A DNA stretch of 63,867 nucleotides, from assembly GCF_020745735.1 (NCBI RefSeq), contig NC_083422.1, positions 39,184,134-39,248,000 of the forward strand. Reading direction: 5' to 3'. Source of the DNA: Hemiscyllium ocellatum (lineage: Eukaryota). Positions 1 to 12,837 of the stretch are shown one piece after another. The notes below the pieces were generated by a model that did no database searches, was not told where the DNA came from, and saw only the letters and a program-made list of their open reading frames with translations. Within the stretch, counting starts at the first letter, position 1. The number at the start of each line of letters is the position of its first letter. The translations under genes and the position numbers were made by a program.

Positions 1-762
1 ACAGGCACACCTTACTCCCACACTCTCACATGCATCCTCTCACAGGCTTAGACCACTTTATACACACACACACGCGCTCACTCGCTCGCGCTCTCTCTCT
101 CTCTCACACAGACTCTCACAACCCCCCACCCCAGACATACACGCGCACACCCACATTCTCACGTGCACCCTCTCACAGGCTTAGACACTTTACACTCACA
201 TACACACACACATGCACTCTCTCTCACACTCACAGCCCCCCTCCCAGACAGACATACACACACACACACACACAGAAAAACTCACATGCACACTTGTACG
301 TTTGTGGAGTGAATTTGTACTTGCAGAGTTACATTGTACTTTGCTCAAAAACTGCATGAATCCATGTAAGACTCTGTCAGCTCACTTTTTAGATTAGAAT
401 CAGTCTAAACATTATGGCACAGACAAGGAACACACAGGGCTAACACCTTCAACATATTATCTGGCTGATACCATTGTTACATTTAACCTGAGAATGTAAC
501 TTCTAAAAAGTGTTTTGTGATTTGCATATGAAAGAGGTGAAACTGTCATGGTTATTCTAACAGATGAAAGACTCAACAAACAATCAAGGTTTTTTTCAAT
601 ATGTAATTTCAGTTACGTCACACTGTAAGTTTTTGTTATAAATTCTGTGTCTTATAATTGTGTACTCTATAACCACCTGATAAAGGAACGGCACTCCAAA
701 AGCTAGTGCTTCCAATTAAACCTGTTGGACTATAAGCTGGTGTTGTGTGATTTTTAACTTTG
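1..762 (+). mobile_element. Penelope-like element 3'/pLTR fragment with CA-rich segment and degenerate hammerhead motif
   Basis: Homologous to 3633-4290 (reverse) and 4630-4968; ends ...CCTGTTGGACTATAAGCTGGTGTTGTGTGATTTTTAACTTTG; degenerate CTGATAAAGGAAC..CTCCAAAAGCTAGTG at about 677-708. Confidence 0.7.
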
Positions 763-1847
763 AGATTATGCAACATTTCTTGTTTCCAAAGATGCATAGT
801 TACGTCTTACTGTTGTTAGACACAGTGTGCCATTTTTTTTAGATATCCTCATCTCATCATTGTTGTGACTGAAGGAGAATGAAGGGCTCATAGCCCATCT
901 TATCTTTGATCACTTGCTGTGTGGCACACACTATACCCACAATGAATTGATTTTGTTTCAAAGCAAAGCCTGAGTATTGTTACCTGAGATAAAATACTCT
1001 GTGGGAGGCAAAACCACAGCAATGTTAAATGCTAACATTGAAGAAAATCTGGAGGCTTTCTCCATCAAATTTTTGTCCCCCTTTGTAAAGTTGTTTAATG
1101 GGGATTCTCAGCCTGCAGCTGCCCCAGCAGCCAAACCCACTAGAGAATTCTTACCAGCCAGCAACCAGGAAATGAAAAGCACTAATAATTTGATCACTTT
1201 TTTTAGATGTTTTACACAGATGATTAAAATTTGGGGCATATACGCATATTCTTGAAAAAAGGCTTTTTTTCACATTTATTTAAATTTAGTTTAAAAGTTC
1301 TAGAAATTAGTTATTGAATGTCTGTTTTAATCAAGATATTTTCAAAACCAATTCTGTTTAAAAATATTTCTATTATTGAAAGCTTAATTATACCTGACGT
1401 TCCAGCTTTAATTGGGTTTCTAACTGCAATGTAAGATTACATCAATAAGTTTCAATAATTTCTGGCTGTGGTTTGGGGATCCCACTGCATAGCAGAGAAT
1501 GAGTGACCACACCTTTCTCCCTTTAATCTGCCCATGTGCTAATTCCTGAAGTTGTGCTTGATATGTGAGCACTCGCAACAGCAAACATTGACATCTGCCC
1601 ATCTAAAAAATTCTCAAAATCCAGGCTAGTATTGTCGGCTGTAGAACGAATTAAAAAAGCATCTTGTTTCTTAAAATATTATCACTGGATTGGCGTTATT
1701 CACACTTGCAATGCTCGCAATGGTAACAGTTGACTCTACGATTGGGCAATATTAATACTTGCATTTTCTTGTTTTTAAGAAATACCTTAGCAGATCATCT
1801 TTTATTTTTCAGTCGAGCCAAACATTGTAGGGATTCTATGGAAAAGG

Positions 1848-2030
1848 AATTACCCAATGTGGAAACAGACCATTCGAACTAACAAGTCCACACCTATCCT
1901 CTGAAGAGTATACCGCTCAGATCCATCCCACTACCCTATCCATATAACCCCACATTTCCTATAACTAATCCACTTAACCTACACCTATGGGTAATTTCCC
2001 ATGGCCTATCCACCTACCCTGCACATCTTT
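1848..2030 (-). mobile_element. HE1-like SINE, 3' fragment
   Basis: Matches the 3' half of the other SINE copies in the window (GTGGAAACAGACC...CCTGCACATCTTT). Confidence 0.7.
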
Positions 2031-3632
2031 TCCTTTGGTGTTGTGGGGCCAAGAGGGTTCTTGCACTCCAGTGAGAGAACCAGTGAGAATCCCACTTCAT
2101 TTCTGTGCAGGAAAATCCTGCAGGTAATTAAAATGTCCACCATTGGGTCTTCTCTCCAGTTTGAAGTCCCACTGGTGAATGCCCTGTCCACCAAATGCTG
2201 GCACCAATGTGCTGCCCCAGAGGCTGAGGATTGTCTTGGGATTCTGGGGTAGCAGAGTAGCAGATGGATGTGAAAGGCAGTGGAGGTAAGGTCTGGAGCT
2301 CATAGGTTTCTAGGGCATATTTGACCCATCGTCTCCCCTAAATTGCAGTCCTGTGATAAAGTGCCTGAAATTGAAGGATTTCTCTGCCCCTCCAGGAGGC
2401 CAACCTGACAGGGTTTGTTAGGTGGCCTACTGTGCAGGCCCATTGCAGTTAAGGTTTAGCCAACACTGTTATGGGGGGCTGAAGGATAACAGGTCTCCTT
2501 TTGCTTATTATTGGGTCTAAATGACATTTCATCACTGTGGGTTGGAAGTCCCACATCAGCCCTTTCCTCTGATGAGAGGAAGAGATTTTGCTGTTGCTGG
2601 GAGACTGCCCCACAGCCTCTAATACATCAAGGTGGACTGAACCACAATGTTTCCCACCTTGTTGGGCTGCAATCAAACCAGTTCATTGAGTTTCAAAAGA
2701 CATCTTTGTTCTCTGTTCTCCACAGGCTATTTTTGTTTGTCTCGAACTTTGCAAATGAATTCTTTTGTTGAATTAATTTTGGATCTGGGCCATAGATCTA
2801 CTGATCTTGGATGTACTCACTTCCTTTTCAGTAATAGCAAAGCAAAAATATTTATTTATAATTTACCAGACTTGCATTGTAAAAGTTTGGAATGTACCAA
2901 TAAAATATATGTTAGTGAAGCTGTCAAAAGGTTGATCTGTTAGTTATGTTCTGCCCAGAAACAAATCTGGGTATTTGATAAACTTTGAACATTTTCGCCT
3001 GAGATTTAGCCCAACTTTGACTATGCAGCCTCACAGGACATTCTATTTTGCTCTTTGTATCTGTTATGGGAACAAACTGGTTTTCAGTGGGTGAAAAGTT
3101 CAACTTCAAATACCAGTATTTCATTATCGAATGAATTTACCATACACTGATATCAATGCCTGGTAGCAATATCACCATAATTTGAAGCTGCAACAATTGA
3201 CAATAATCAGCAAATTAAACGTCGGGAAAAATTGGCCAGAATATTCCTGTGGGAAGTGTAAATCTGGAGCCTGGGAAATTCCGAGCTAGTTTTACTTAAT
3301 ATGATTCTTGAAAAAAATCTTCCATCTTCTTATTTCAGAATACAGAACAAGATATTTACACAAGTAGTGTGAATGCTACAGTTTAGTCATGACGTTGAGC
3401 CGTGTCAACAAGAAGTTCACACGTGCTAAAGAATATTTACCATGAATTTGGCAGGTCTGATTATCTATAGAAACACAAGCTAAAGTGTATACATTGATTA
3501 AGGAGCAGTTTTGTTTTCAGAGTCTCCGATGTGATGAATAAAAGTTTACTTCTACAATAAATTTTGGTAGTTAAAAGACCTGAAAATTCAGTATAGTGTT
3601 TGTCATGCTGATGATAATTCATTAAAATTCAT

Positions 3633-4620
3633 ACAACACCAGGTTATAGTCCAACAGGTTTATTTGGATGCGCTACCTTTCAGAGCGCCTCTCCCTCATC
3701 AGGTGGTTGTGGATTATAAGATCATAAGACTCAGAATTTAAAGTTTCAAAGTTTATAATGTGATGTAACTGAAATTATATATTGTAAAATACCTGGATTG
3801 TTTATTAAGTCTCTCATCTTTTAGAATGAACATGTTGGTTTCAGTTCTTTTATATGTAAATCGCAGAACCTTTAGTGAACTTTGACAATTGGTGTCATGT
3901 TGGCCCAGATAATACATTGAAGGTGTGAGGTGCCCTGTGTGAGACTGTCTGTGCCCCAATGGTCAGACTGATTCTAATCTAAAAAATGGATTTACAGAAT
4001 CTCAGATGGATTCATGCTGTTTTTGAACAAAGTAAAATATAATTCTGCAAGTACAAATTCACCCCACAAACTTATATGTGTGTAGGTGCATGTCAGTGTG
4101 TGTTGGCAGGTGGGGGAGGAATGTGATGAGTATCTGTGAGATAGTGTTTGTGTGGGAGTTTGAGTGTAAAGGGCTTTAAGTCTGTGAGAGGGTGCATGTG
4201 AGGTGTGGGAGTATACATGTGAGTATATGCATGTGTGTATGGTGGATCTGCAGGAGTGAGAGTGTGTATATAATGCAATGGGGTCATCTGTAGTGTGACA
4301 TGAACCAAGGTCCCAATTGAGGCCCTCCCTATGGGTACCGAAATTAGCTATCAGCCTTTGCTTGGTCACTTTTCATTGTTGCCTGTCCTGAAGTTCGCCT
4401 TGGAGGACGCTAACCCGAGGGTCCAAGGTCAAACGTCCTGTACGTCTGAAGTGACTCTCCGACAGGGAGGGAGCACTCCTGTCCGTTGATTGTTGTGCAG
4501 TGTCTATTCATCCGTTGCTGTAGCCTCTGCTTGGTCTCACCAATGTATCATGCCTCAGGGCATTCTTGCCTGCAGCGTATGAGATAGACAACATTGGCTG
4601 AGTCGCATGAATACCTGCCA
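3633..4620 (-). mobile_element. Penelope-like retroelement 3' end: disrupted GIY-YIG endonuclease plus pLTR
   Basis: Minus strand of about 4290-4620 translates GRYSCDSANVVYLIRCRQECPEA*YIGETKQRLQQRMNRH..., the VVY...YIG-ET GIY-YIG signature, with a stop and frameshifts; followed by the same pLTR as 1-762. Confidence 0.8.
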
Positions 4621-4629
4621 TATGATGTC

Positions 4630-4968
4630 CTCACCTTAAATGCATTATTTGGGTCAACATGACACCAATTGTTTAAGTCCACTTAACTTCTAAGTGAATG
4701 TAACTTCTAAATGTTCTGTGATTTACATATGATCGAACTAAAACCAACATGCCCATTCTAAAAAGAGAGAGACTTAACAAACAACCCAGGTCTTTTTCAA
4801 TATATAATTTCAGTTACATCACACTGTAAACCTTTGCTATAAATTCTGTGTTTACAATCTTATACTCCACAACCATCTGATGAAGGAACAACAAGTGCTT
4901 CCAAATAAACTTGTTGGACTATAACCTAGTGTTGTGTGATTTTTAACTTTGTTCCCCCCAGTCCAACA
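4630..4968 (+). mobile_element. Inverted partial pLTR of the adjacent Penelope-like element
   Basis: Reverse-complement homology to 3633-3930 and direct homology to about 430-762. Confidence 0.75.
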
Positions 4969-5257
4969 TCATGATAATTGGTTTAATCATCAATTATTTG
5001 TCAGAGATTGATTAACTCTGTGGGCTAGTTTTAGAAAAGTCAAACACATTGTAGATTATGAAGCAGGCATTTACGGCAACCAGTTAATTTCAGTACATGA
5101 GCAGCCTGAAAACTGACTGCAGGCAGAGTCACAACATTGCATCTACACAGCATATGGAGTCTTTAAATGTGAACCCTCTTAAACACAAGGTACACGTACA
5201 GCAGCATTATATTTAATTCATATTATAGAGCAATATTTCCCAGAAAGCAATGCCAAT

Positions 5258-5561
5258 GGGTGGCATGGTGGCTCAGTGATTAGCATTACTTCCTCGCAGT
5301 GAGCGGGCCACAGGTTCAAGCTTAGCCTTGGGTGACTATCTGTGTGGAGTTCGCACATACTCACTGTGTCTATATGGGTTTTCTCTGGGTGCTCCAGTTT
5401 TTTCCCACAACCCAAAGATATACAGGCTAGGTGGATTAGCCTTGGTAAATATGGGCTTATGGGGGTAAGGTAAGGATCGTGATAGGATGATCTTCGGAGG
5501 GTCAATGGCGTATTAATGGGCCAAGTGACCACCTCCTGCCCTGGAGGGATTCTGTGGTTCT
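5258..5561 (+). mobile_element. HE1-like tRNA-derived SINE
   Basis: GGGTGGCATGGTGGCTCAGTGATTAGCA A-box head, GGTTCAAG B-box-like, TGTGTGGAGTTCGCACAT core, CR1-like tail. Confidence 0.8.
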
Positions 5562-6407
5562 ACCACGCTTTGGTATTGTGATTGCCAGAATATCCAAGGA
5601 TTGTAGATTAATTATATAACTAATTGTAAAAAGTTTTTTAAAGTTATCTGATAAATATGTAGAACTTACTTGCTAATATATTGATGCTATTTTTTGTCTT
5701 GCAAATTGCCTTTGACTTTACATCATCTTAGAACTTGTATAGAGGACATTCAATCAAATATGTTTGTGCTACTACCTCATAGGAACAGCTCCATAACTTG
5801 GCAAATATTTCCTCTCCACATAATTATCCAATTTTCTTCTGAAAACTGTGATCCAATCTGCTTCCACCTCTCTCTCAGATGATGCATTACAGATTCTAAC
5901 CACTTGTTGAGTGATTTAAAAAAACAAAAGGTTTCTTTATATCAACTTTGATTCATTCACCATGGTGATCTCTTATTTTCAAACCTTCTGTCAACAGAAA
6001 CAAACTTTATTTCTATCCACCCAGACCTGTCAAAAGCCTTTTAAGCCGAACAGCCCAGTTTTGCCATCTAAGTCCCTCAGTGCCAGAAACATGTTTGTAA
6101 ACCTCTTCTTTGCCTTCTGTAATACTTTCACTTTTTTCTTAAATGTTGGCGGCCAGACTTGATTATGACAGTCCAGTTAGGGCTGAAACAGTGTTTTATG
6201 AAAGTTCACCTTAGCCTCATTACTTTGTGACCTGCCTCCTACAATGATCTGTGCAGCCATACTCCCAGGTTCCTCTGTGCCTGCAACCCCTTTAGATTCA
6301 CACCCTTTACCTCATATTGCCTTTTGTTGTGCTTCCTACCAAAATGTTACTCAACACTTACTTAACACTTCTCTACATTAAATTTAACCTACCAGATGAC
6401 TGCCTAA

Positions 6408-6613
6408 GCCCAGAGATGTGCAGTTAGGTGGATTGGTCCTAAATTGCTCCATAGTGTCCAGGGTTGCACAAGCAGGGTGGATTAACCTTGGTAAACATGG
6501 GGTTACAGGGATAATTTGGGGAACTCAGTCTGGGTGGGATGTTCTTTTGAGGAAGAGGGCAAACTCAATGGGCTGAATGGCCTGTTTCTGCATTGTAGGG
6601 GTTCTATGATTCT
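6408..6613 (+). mobile_element. HE1-like SINE, 3' fragment
   Basis: CCCAGAGATGTGCAGTTAGGTGGATTGG...TGTAGGGGTTCTATGATTCT. Confidence 0.7.
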
Positions 6614-6838
6614 AAATCTACCAGTTTGTTTGTCGCCTCTTAAAATCTATCACTATCCTACTCCCAGTTAACCGTTTTTTTAAGTTTTGAACTTGCCTTC
6701 ACATCCCAGTCTGGTTTATCAATTTTCCAATAATTGGTGAAACTTCATGCACACACACATTGATACTGCAGGCCCTTGCAAGAGGAAATCTGGACTGATA
6801 AGGTAGCAAAACATTCTGATAGGGTAATATTTGGTAGT

Positions 6839-7059
6839 GCTGAAAATGTGTTGCTGGAAAAGCGCAGCAGGTCAGGCAGCATCCAAGGAGCAGGAGAATC
6901 GACGTTTCGGGCATGAGCCCTTCTTCAGGAATTCGTGAAGAAGGGCTCATGCCCGAAATGTCGATTCTCCTGCTCCTTGGATGCTGCCTGACCTGCTGCG
7001 CTTTTCCAGCAACACATTTTCAGCTCTGATCTCCAGAATCTGTAGTCCTCACTTTCTCC
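6839..7059. mobile_element. Fold-back (palindromic) non-autonomous element with hammerhead-like core and 14 bp TSD
   Basis: About 93 bp inverted arms 6839-7024 centred on GAATTC at 6929-6934; direct repeat TAATATTTGGTAGT at 6825-6838 and 7060-7073. Confidence 0.85.
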
Positions 7060-9072
7060 TAATATTTGGTAGTAATCGTTTTTGTTCAGGTATATAGAAA
7101 ATGAAATAAATTATTTTTAAAAAGTGAACAAATCCAGATATCAGAATGAAACTATAGATTATGTGTGGCTTTAGATAAATACAGATTTATGCACTAGTTG
7201 ATGCTCAATTAAAATAAAATAAAATTAAAGTAAAATAAAACTGATTTTAACACCTGTATGCCATAATTGCATAAGCGCCTGTTAATAGGTGAAAAATAAT
7301 GTTAAACCAGCTTGTGGGCGAAACATTGTAAGGAAAATTGTTTGTTTGATTGTTGATTATAAGGGTACAATTTGTAATTTGTACCACCTAGAACATTTGA
7401 TATTTGTTCCTTGTCTCAGGTGTTGTTTCTGTCGATGCAATAGTGGTTCAAGATTACAATTCAATCTTCCTCTGTCTGTTGTATTATTCAGGCCAGTAGT
7501 CATGAATTTCCGAGGCGCTCCTTCCTCAGTTGTCCGTGTAGCAGTCAGTTTTGTGCATTTTCATTCCTGGGGCAAGGACCATTTGCATTGGAGAGCATAG
7601 ATGGCTAGGGGCTTGCTGGAAGTAGTGCAGTCATCTTCCTCCTCAGGTACCAATAAATTCTCAGCAGCCTCTTGCCATTCTACCTATGGAGCAAGTAATT
7701 CCAGATAAAAGACCTGTGGATAACTTGAATTTAAGAAAATGATACCCTTCAATTTAAGGCCATTAAACCATTCAAAATCTAGAAGTTTGAGCTCCTTTCC
7801 TCCAGGATTTATGCTGGCCGTTACACAGGTGCACCTTTGCAGTGAGGATACTTTTGAGATTTCTGGCAAGTGACATTCTCTACAAATCCTCTTCTGACAT
7901 TGACATAAAGTGTGTTTGGCCCCAGGAAGCCCAATTCAACTTGAGGCAAAATTTCACAACCTTAGAAAAGGGAAGAGATCCGGTAGAGTTGAGCTCCACC
8001 CCGAATAAAACTCCCTCACCTGTTGGTTATGCATCGCTACATTATTTTACCCTGCCAAGGAATTTTGAATCCGGTATGTCTGGTGAATATTTCCTCCCCA
8101 GCCCATTTCCTGGCATAATTCAAAAATGAAGATGGTTTGGATCTTGAATTGCTCAAAGCAAATTGGCTGTGGAAAACCAATGGGAGTCCTCAGCACCAGT
8201 GCCTCAAGTTCAAAACCTTTGAGTTACGTTAACAGAAGCAATTAAAAGATTACATTGTGAATTTGACATAGCAGTATTCTATATGTTGGGAACAGCTGGA
8301 TGACCGAAAGGAGAAAAATCAAGTTAAAGAATTGTTGCAGGCTGATGACCAGCTGTACTCTGAATTCACCTGATGCTCACTCACTAGCAGTCATGCACTT
8401 TAATGAAGAAAGGTTTCGTTGGCAACAGAATAACTTTGCATTGCATATGAGAACAAGACTTGTATAAAATTGTGTGAGAGTCCTCATTCAGCAAACAATG
8501 TCATGAGATATTGCCTAACCTCAGCTGAATCTCCAACCTCAGGGTCTTTGATAAACTCAAGATTGGTTCACTATCCAAATTTGAAATGAAAAATAGTCAG
8601 AGCAAACTTCCTCAAGTTAATGATAAAATTAGAAATTTGTTGTTCTTAATTTTCATTCTTCCTGGAGCTCCGCATGCCAGTGGTAATAATAGATAACATA
8701 GACCCTGTGAAGTAGTGTGCTCCCAATGATCTGCTATCCTTGTTAGGTTAGATGGTTGTGATTGCGGGGTTTGTAAGGTGAAGGAGCAAGCTTTGGTAAA
8801 TTCTTGTTGTGCACTTTGTAGCTACTACTTACTCAAGTAGATGTATTTTAAAAAAATCAGAAAAAACTTTTAGAGCCTAATCATTTAAATAAATAAACAA
8901 GCAATTGTTTTTAATGGATAGTAATTGAGTGAGTTAATTCCTCCAGCATTCTCCCATTCATAATTATCTGAGATTACAAATAAGAAATTTTCAAGTACAG
9001 GCAAGTATTCCGAATGTCAGTACTTTGTCTCTGGATAGACAAATGTGGAGCACGTGCCAAATCATAAAATCA

Positions 9073-9425
9073 TCATAGAATCCCTTCAGTGTGGAAACAA
9101 GCCATTTGGCCCAACAAGTTCACACTAACCCTCCGAAGAGTATCCCACCCAGAACCATTCGCTTATCCTATTACTGTTACATTTTCCCCTAACTAATGCA
9201 CCTAACCTACACATCCCTGATCACTATGGGCAATTTAGCGTAGCCAATTCATCGAACCTGTGCATCTTTGAATTGTGGGAGGAAACTGGAGCACCCAAAG
9301 GAAACTCATGCAGATACAGGGAGAATGTGCAAACTCCACACAGACAGTCGTCCGAGTCTGGAATCAAACTCAGGTCCCTGGCACTATGAGGCAGCAGTCC
9401 TAACCACTGAGCCACCGTGTCACCC
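9073..9425 (-). mobile_element. HE1-like SINE, full length
   Basis: Reverse complement of GGGTGACACGGTGGCTCAGTGGTTAG head, conserved core and GGGATTCTATGA tail. Confidence 0.85.
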
Positions 9426-9560
9426 TGAGTTAATCTTGAGAGAAATAGTCTAGGTGAACACATTCCTCAGCAAGAACTAAATGTCATAAACAGGTTTCTG
9501 ACTATATGCCATTCATGCATGACGCAGATGATGTCTGTTAATCTTCAAGAAGACCTGCAA

Positions 9561-9884
9561 GTGGGCAGCTCATTTGTTAGCACTGCTGCTTCACAACACC
9601 AGGGACCCAGGTTTGATTCCCACCTCAGGCGACTATCTGTGTGGAGTTTGCACGTTCTCTCTGTATCTGCGTGGGTTTACTTTGAGTGCTCCAATTTCCT
9701 CCCACAATCCAAAGATGTGCAGTTTTGGTGAACTGGCCACACTAAATTGCCCATAGTGTTAAGGTCATTAGTCAGGTGTAAATATAGGGTAGGGGCACGG
9801 GTCTAGGTGGTTTACACTTCAGAGGGTCGGTGTAGACTTGTTGTGCCAAATGGCCTGTTTGCATTCTGTAGGGAATCTAATCTA
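9561..9884 (+). mobile_element. HE1-like SINE
   Basis: GTTAGCACTGCTGCTTCACAACACCAGGGACCCAGGTTTGATTCCC head, core, AATCT-repeat tail. Confidence 0.85.
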
Positions 9885-9952
9885 AGCAGCATGATTGGAG
9901 CTTATAGCAGTAAATTAAATGTATGACAAATGATCTTGGTTTTATTTTCCAG

Positions 9953-10101
9953 GAAAAAAACAAAGGATGAACGAGAAAAGAATCCAGAAATTTCTGATTG
10001 TCACACCCGGGTTGTTGCTTCTACATTCCTGTACAATATGAACTTCAAAAGAGTAGGAAAATGCATTATTATCAACAATAAGAATTTTGATGACAAAACA
10101 G
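9953..10101 (+). CDS. CASP7: Caspase-7 coding exon (KKTK...YNMNFKRVGKCIIINNKNFDDKT)
   Basis: ttttccAG acceptor, G|GTATTG donor; matches the caspase-7 YNMNF..GKCIIINNKNF segment; phase 2 start, phase 1 end. Confidence 0.93.
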
Positions 10102-10399
10102 GTATTGAGTCACTTTCATTTTCTTTGTCTAATGGATACTATGCCACACATGTCAAACTGCATAGATTGGTTCTGAACAATAACAGTAATTATTTCCATT
10201 ATTATTGTGCATTAAGTAATTTATTAGGCTTGTTTCCACATTGTACATTATTAGTTCCTTTTTCCTCTATGGTGTGTCAATGCTTTTTTTTTGGAAAAAG
10301 TAGAGATGAAACAGTGTAGATGAGCCTCAATGGGTTCCATTAAGTTAATATTTTGGGGCCTCGTGCTAATGCATGCAGTGAATGAGCTGGAACTGAGTG

Positions 10400-11260
10400 G
10401 GTGACACCAAAATAGGAGGTATAGTGGAGAGTGAAGAAGGTTATCTCAGAATACAATGGGACCTTGATCAAATTGGGCTGGGGAGTGGCAGATAGAGTTA
10501 ATTTAGATAAATGTGAGGTGTTGCATTTTGGGCAGGGCAGGACTCATACAGTTAATGTTAGGACCAGGGGGAGTGTTGCTGAACAAAAACACCTAGGGAT
10601 GCAGGTGCGTAGTTTCTTGAAAGTGAAGTTGCATGTCAACTTCAGGATGGTGAAGAAGGTACTTAGTACGCTTGCCTTCATTGGTCAGTACATTGAGTAC
10701 AGGAGTTAGAATGTCATATTGTGGCTGCACAGGGCACTGGTGAGGCCACAGATCTGATCTTCTTGCTAAGGAAAGATGTGAAATTTGAAAGGATTCAGAA
10801 AAGATTTACAAGGATGTTGTTGAGATTGGAGGGCTTGAGCTATAGGGAGAGGCTGAATAGGCTGCAGCTATTTTCCCTGGAGTATTGGAATTTGAGGCTG
10901 ACCTTTATAGACCTTTATATAATCATGAGGGACATAAATAGAATGAATAGCCAAGATCATTTTCTCTGGGCAGGGGAGTCCAAAACTTGAGGGTATAGGT
11001 TTAAGGTGAATAGGGAAAGATTTAAAAGGAACCTGAGGGGCAACTTTTTCATGCAGAGAGTCGTGTGTGTATGGAATGAGCGGCCAGAGGAAATGACAGA
11101 GGCAGATACAACATTTTAAAAGGCATCTGAATGGGTAGGAGGGTTTAGAGGGGTATGGGCTAAATGCTGGCAAATGGAACGAGATTAGTTTAGGATATCT
11201 GGTTGGTACAGACAACTTGGACTGAACGGTCTGTTTCTGTGCTGAATAACTCTATGACTG
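10400..11260 (+). mobile_element. CR1 LINE 3' fragment (RT C-terminal region and 3' UTR), degraded
   Basis: KCEVLHFG, ERIQKRFTRML, LEGLSYRERLNRL motifs in broken ORFs. Confidence 0.85.
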
Positions 11261-11581
11261 CATACAGTGGTCATTCAAATGAACAAACTTCAAGCAGTGG
11301 GCATGCTGCCTTCCTTACACAGATAAATTTGTATCACAATCCCTATGCCGCTTCTCAGGGCCTAACCAGTTTAGTCTTGTATGGCTCCAGAGTTATGGCC
11401 CATTTCTTGTGCTTGTTTTCTGATGCCATGTAACTTTCTGCAAACTATAGTACCTTAAAGACAAGAGTTAGTAAAGCCAGGCACAGACTGGCAGCAAGCC
11501 TTCAATTTAATGTTGTATTATTTTGCTGACTGAAGTAACTGTGGAAAGGCACTATAACAGTTGTCATATTGTTTGTTCCAG

Positions 11582-11710
11582 AAATGAATGTGCGTAATGG
11601 CACTGACATTGATGCTGGGAATCTGATGACATGTTTTAGCTCTTTGGGTTTCAACGTTGTTGTTTTAAATGATCAGACGTGTTCTCAAATGGAGAATATA
11701 TTGCATGCTG
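11582..11710 (+). CDS. CASP7: Caspase-7 coding exon (EMNVRNGTDIDAGNLMTCFSSLGFNVVVLNDQTCSQMENILHA)
   Basis: gttccAG acceptor, G|GTGAGT donor, 129 bp, RNGTD motif, frame continuous with neighbouring exons. Confidence 0.95.
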
Positions 11711-12661
11711 GTGAGTAAATGCGTAAAACAAATGGGACTGAAGATTACAATTTAAATAAATAGATGATGTTTACCTTTTTGGTAACTAGGTTTTAGTCAT
11801 TAAGCACCTCAAGCCCAAACTACCACATTGCTATTACAATCTATTGTAGAACTAAGAAACGTTTTATATTCATTGATTGCAGTTTCTAAGTTGACAGCAT
11901 TTGCCTCGGTCAAAATGACTAAGGCTCATTTAAACTAGTGCTTATATGATGGAGGAGAAACTAAATTCCTTTCTATGGGGGAATGGCAAATGTTTATGCA
12001 ATTGCTCTTGATGACAGCACTGCCTATTTTTATGACTCTGCACCTTCCCCTACTAAAGGAAATTAAGTTATCAAATGCTTCCTCCCAACACATTGTAAAT
12101 GCTGATATGTTTGTTTACCATTGCTGGAATATAAACACTATTCCTGAAAATTGGTACAAGATGGGGATAAATTGGTAAGATCACCTTTATGAAAAGTGCA
12201 GGTATATTGAATTAAGTTCAGCTGTGATTTGTATCTGTTGACGTGTACTGTCTAATCACTTGGTAAGTGCCTATTTACATTAAAATCTCATTGACCATAT
12301 CTCCTAGTACTACTTTGGTTAAAAAAATTTGGGAATGTGACAGTGGTTACAATGCTGTCATTGTCCATATCTGTTGGCTTAAGGTAGCAGTGGTCTGGAA
12401 ATTATCCTTCCTGAAATGAGAAGCACAATTAAGTATCACAACAAAGTTTTGATATTTCTTTTGGCATTTCTGGCATGTGTTGTTGGGGAGGGCCATGATT
12501 TGCAAATAGATTTGCTATTTTAATTTTTGGTAACTCGACAGTCAGTATTTAATTCTGTACTGATCAATATAAGTGATGACACACAAAATTTTTTAATTCA
12601 ATGAAAAATATTTCCTTTGGAATGCCACAATTTTGTATTTAAATACTGTGACTTGTTTTAG

Positions 12662-12837
12662 TTTCTCAGGAAAACCACTCCAACAATGCCTGCTTTGCAT
12701 GTATCCTTTTAAGCCACGGTGATGAAGGCATGATCTATGGTACAGACGGAGCAATGCCTATAAAGAGACTCACTTCTCTCTTCCGAGGGGATATGTGCAA
12801 GACCCTTGTGGGGAAACCGAAACTCTTTTTCATTCAG
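12662..12837 (+). CDS. CASP7: Caspase-7 coding exon with catalytic His ([10 protein letters not shown]...KPKLFFIQ)
   Basis: gttttAG acceptor, CAG|GTAATG donor, 176 bp; SHG and GKPKLFFIQ motifs. Confidence 0.96.

Noticed and set aside
30-397. His/Thr-rich ORFs
   Set aside because: Translations of the CA-rich low-complexity part of a Penelope pLTR
2030-2700. GC-richer stretch with overlapping short ORFs (similarly 7480-8110 and 41830-42600)
   Set aside because: No recognisable protein motif or splice pattern; probably old repeat debris that I cannot classify
5258-5340. tRNA genes
   Set aside because: tRNA-like A/B boxes are SINE heads continuing into SINE core and tail; no complete cloverleaf identified
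8335-8375. TTGCAG|GCTGATGACCAG (ADDQ) as the caspase-7 N-terminal exon
   Set aside because: No ATG, in-frame TGA after ten codons, no DxVDAKP-like motif or phase-2 donor; the first coding exon probably lies upstream of the window
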